The position numbers and the translations under genes are program-made. The notes under the pieces were generated by a model that saw nothing but the letters and a program-made list of their open reading frames with translations, was not told where the DNA came from and ran no database searches. From Antedon mediterranea (taxonomy: Eukaryota > Animalia > Echinodermata): a stretch of DNA of 64,000 nucleotides. The stretch covers positions 17,656,795-17,720,794 of the forward strand of contig NC_092670.1 of assembly GCF_964355755.1 (NCBI RefSeq). The letters are read 5' to 3'. Positions within the stretch are counted from its first letter, which is position 1; every line of letters begins with the position of its first letter. This document shows, one piece after another, positions 13,672-64,000 of this stretch.

Positions 13672-15234
13672 TTACGATAAGTCTGATCCATATTCTGGTA
13701 GATTTGTTCCACGTGTGCGGTAGAAACCTTTGACGACGCGCTCGACACGCGCGTGTTGACGTGAAGGCACTTCTAGCGATATCCCGTGCCCGTAAGCTGA
13801 TGACGATAACACTGGTATTTGCTTCGAAGATTCCTTTAAGAAAAAAATGTAGTCATACCGTACATTATCTAATGCAATATTCGCAAAAAGGTGTAGATTA
13901 ATGTTAAATGTGATGTAAAGTTTATTTCATTTCATCATTCGATCACTAGCATTTATGCTATTTTAAAGCTGGGTTCCCATAAAGCTTGGTTCCCACTAGA
14001 ACGTAACGCAAGGACGTAAACGCAACGCAAGCGTTTTAACCCCGGTTTTAACCAATGACAAGCGAAGTTATAGACGGTTAGCAATCACAAGCGATTGGTC
14101 AATTCACTTGCGTTGCGTTACGTCCTTGTGTTGCGTCGCTAGTGGGAACCACGCTTTAAGTAGGACGCAACGCCATGGACTAGACGCAACACAATCCATC
14201 GCTTGTGATTGGTCAAATCATGTCAGTACGTAGCGTTCTAGTGTAAATTAGCGTGGTTCTCACTAGCAACGCAACACAAGGACGTAACGGCAACGCAAGT
14301 GAATTGACCAATCACAAGCGATGGCTTATTCGCTTGTGATTGCTAACTGTCTATAACTTCGCTTGTCATTGGTTAAAACGCTTGCGTTGCGTTTACGTCC
14401 TTGCGTTACGTTCTAATGGGAACCAAGCTTAATAGCTTGAACGTCGTCCCCGCTTCCACCATGAGTGGATCGAAGAATAACATACCTCTGAAAATACATT
14501 CAGGTTCATCGTATGCTGACGATCATCTCGATGTATCTTGCTGTGGAATCCCTCCTCGACATGGAATAGTCGGTCGTAAGTTGAGCTAGGCTGGTACTAA
14601 GAGTTCAGACCATAACAAAAATGATGAAACAGTATGCAAAGATACATTACATTTATCCGCTCTATCTCTTTGGTATTAAGGTAGCAGTGCGCAAAGAACC
14701 AGTTTATTTAGGCCTCAAGGTCTCTTGTATTTAGGCGTAATGTGTGAAAGGAACAGGCTATACATTAAATTGAATGATTCTTCTATTTAATTTTTTATGG
14801 TTCTTTTATTTTGGATGAAAATTGATAAAATTGAAGGTTAGATAAAGTAAATTTGTTTTTCGTTCTGAGGTTGCTAGCTCACCTGTTTGTTATTATTAAA
14901 ATATGTTCTTTTTTCTTTGAGTTCTTCTTCCGATGCTGGTTTAATGCCAGGCCATTGTTCAGATCCGTCCCCTTTAGTTGCTAAATGATTCTTTCGAATG
15001 TTCTTTTCACGCTAAAAATATAAATATAAAACCAGATAAAACATGATGTTATTCTCTCTAGGCCTAACCTAATAGTTCTATTATTGATATACTACAGACT
15101 TAGGCTAGCGTGTTTTTATTTTTTATTAGAAGCCGACTTACCCTCACAATTTCAATCCACCTTAATTTTACTTCTTCTGGTGTTGGAATTTTTCTCCCGT
15201 AATTTGACATAGTTGACATTGTCTTTTTATTCAT
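13672..15234 (-). CDS. CFAP90: Cilia- and flagella-associated protein 90-like (C5orf49 family), 4 exons, ~164 aa
   Basis: Minus-strand exons 15234-15142, 15011-14883, 14596-14486, 13833-13672, all phase 0 with GT donors and AG acceptors. Translation MNKKTMSTMSNYGRKIPTPEEVKLRWIEIVR/REKNIRK...KEKRTYFNNNKQ/YQPSSTYDRLFHVEEGFHSKIHRDDRQHTMNLNVFSE/ESSKQIPVLSSSAYGHGISLEVPSRQHARVERVVKGFYRTRGTNLPEYGSDLS*. The YDxxF..K(L/I)HRDDR.H...L.V..EE...VL(S/T)SS.YG...FYR pattern is what I recall for C5orf49. Missed by the ORF track because the exons are short; start codon uncertain (three nearby Met). Confidence 0.8.
13966..14430. mobile_element. MITE cluster in the last CFAP90 intron: two near-identical copies in opposite orientation (13982-14156 and 14250-14430) plus remnants of a third
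   Basis: aagcttggttcccactagaacgtaacgcaagg...gtgggaaccacgctt, then its reverse complement agcgtggttctcactag...tgggaaccaagctt. Confidence 0.8.
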
Positions 15235-15308
15235 TTTAATATTTTTTAGATAAGTTATAGTTGTTCACTTCGGGTTAGTTAATGTGACTTAAGATTAAAT
15301 AAAATTAC

Positions 15309-15339
15309 GTTTCCAACGAATACAGTAACCAATAGATAC
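15309..15339. promoter_or_regulatory. Two adjacent RFX X-box-like motifs upstream of the CFAP90-like gene
   Basis: GTTTCCAACGAATAC (15309-15323) and GTAACCAATAGATAC (15325-15339), imperfect matches to the GTNRCC-N-RGYAAC palindrome, ~75-105 bp from the ATG of a ciliary gene. Confidence 0.4.
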
Positions 15340-15482
15340 GCCACATTATGCGCGATCGATCGTACGCTGAGTTCAGGGGTTGTTGGGATATATCGGGACG
15401 CGCGCGTAGTACAAAGATATAAATATTTTCATTTAGCCACGATCGCGCACATGTCTCTATACGTGCGCACATTGTCCAATGT

Positions 15483-16110
15483 GCTGTCTCTGCTGCAACT
15501 GCTCAAAATACGGTATAAAAATACGGTATAAAATACGGTATTTTTTATACCGTATTTTTTAGTACCCCGTTTCTGCTAACAATACTTCTTGGGTGGTCGT
15601 GTTAAATTTCATCTTTTTTACCCAAATTGCCATTCATTTATTTGATCGATAATTAAAAGTCGCAATAAAGGAAGTTTTACGTCTTACTTTCAACAGCCTA
15701 GCCCTAGTGAAAGAGATGTTGTGAGAGCACAGAAAACATCGTAATGGGGACAATTAATTCGTTCCCTCCCCGAGTTATTGTATTTTGCAATGTTGTACTG
15801 CTTTCGCAGGCTCTTCAGCTTTGAGTTTACTTGCTTTGGAGACAAGTCTATTCCATACGAATGTTGACCTTTTGTCATGTAAAAAAAAAAAACGTTATTT
15901 TTTATTGGCAGCAGAAACGGGTACAAAAAATACGGTATAAATTTGTAAATACCGTATTTTATCCACAAATTTTGTGGGGAAAATACGGTATACAAAATAC
16001 GGTATATTTTTTATGAGCGCAGTTTCTGCTGCCAAAAATATACCGTATATATACGGTCTTCAAAAAATACCGTATAATATACGGTATTTAGTTGGCAGCA
16101 GAAACAGGGC
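15483..16110 (-). mobile_element. Non-autonomous PIF/Harbinger-like DNA transposon with a Myb/SANT-like ORF remnant
   Basis: TIRs gctgtctctgctgcaact ... agttggcagcagaaacagggc; many AATACGGTAT/ATACCGTATT subterminal repeats; minus-strand LSPKQVNSKLKSLRKQYNIAKYNNSGRERINCPHYD resembles the end of a Myb/SANT-like (trihelix) domain. Confidence 0.65.
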
Positions 16111-16549
16111 CATAGTGGCCAACACATTCTTAAACCTCCCGCAAAAGTGGCCGCTTACAGGATCGGAGGTGACCACCGTTACGGGAGGTTCTGCCATATA
16201 GGGCCATCGTATTATTAAATTATGGCTATGCACGATATTTTTCGTTTTTACCGCAACGAGCCTTTAAATTCCCCAGCTAATTGTACTTGTTGTATGTTTA
16301 TGATCTGGTGGTCTTGTATTATGTATGATCTTCAGACAAATTTTAACATATGAAAATGCATGGTCGATCAAAATCTGTGTAGTTTTCTCATTTCATCTAA
16401 AAACACAGAAATGTTCACAGAAATGTTCTTTTTGAAAAAAATAAACGCGTTTTTTGCTTTTTTGACGCGTTCTAAATCTAAAACAATTTCATCTAATTTC
16501 ATCATTTTTTTGGCATGCGCGTTGCAATTGCGACAACAACGAAGGCAGC

Positions 16550-64000
<47,451 letters not shown>

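Overview
AT-rich, intron-rich animal (invertebrate-type) genomic DNA. It holds three spliced genes: the 3' 16 exons of a PP6 regulatory ankyrin-repeat gene (ANKRD28-like, +, 1006-9199), a complete 4-exon CFAP90/C5orf49-like ciliary gene (-, 13672-15234), and, head-to-head with it, lysyl-tRNA synthetase KARS1 (+, from 16550; last exon beyond the window) with a candidate alternative mitochondrial-targeting exon. The most unusual signal is that three independent tandem arrays each start at a coding exon's 3' end and copy the exon tail plus its 5' splice site into the intron: 5 x 56-57 bp in ANKRD28, ~135 x 80 bp (10.8 kb) in KARS1, and >=~96 x 98 bp (>9.3 kb) in KARS1. One KARS1 intron is 27.9 kb, made of the 80-bp satellite plus a decayed Gmr1-like Gypsy LTR element whose interior is amplified as a 1.25/1.7-kb macro-satellite. 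Many non-autonomous DNA transposons are present (nested MITEs, a foldback-like element, a Harbinger-like element with a Myb/SANT remnant, a Kolobok-like element with a P2X7-ballast-like remnant), plus SINE and LINE fragments. All calls come from manual reading and translation; no database searches were run, and copy numbers are length/period estimates.
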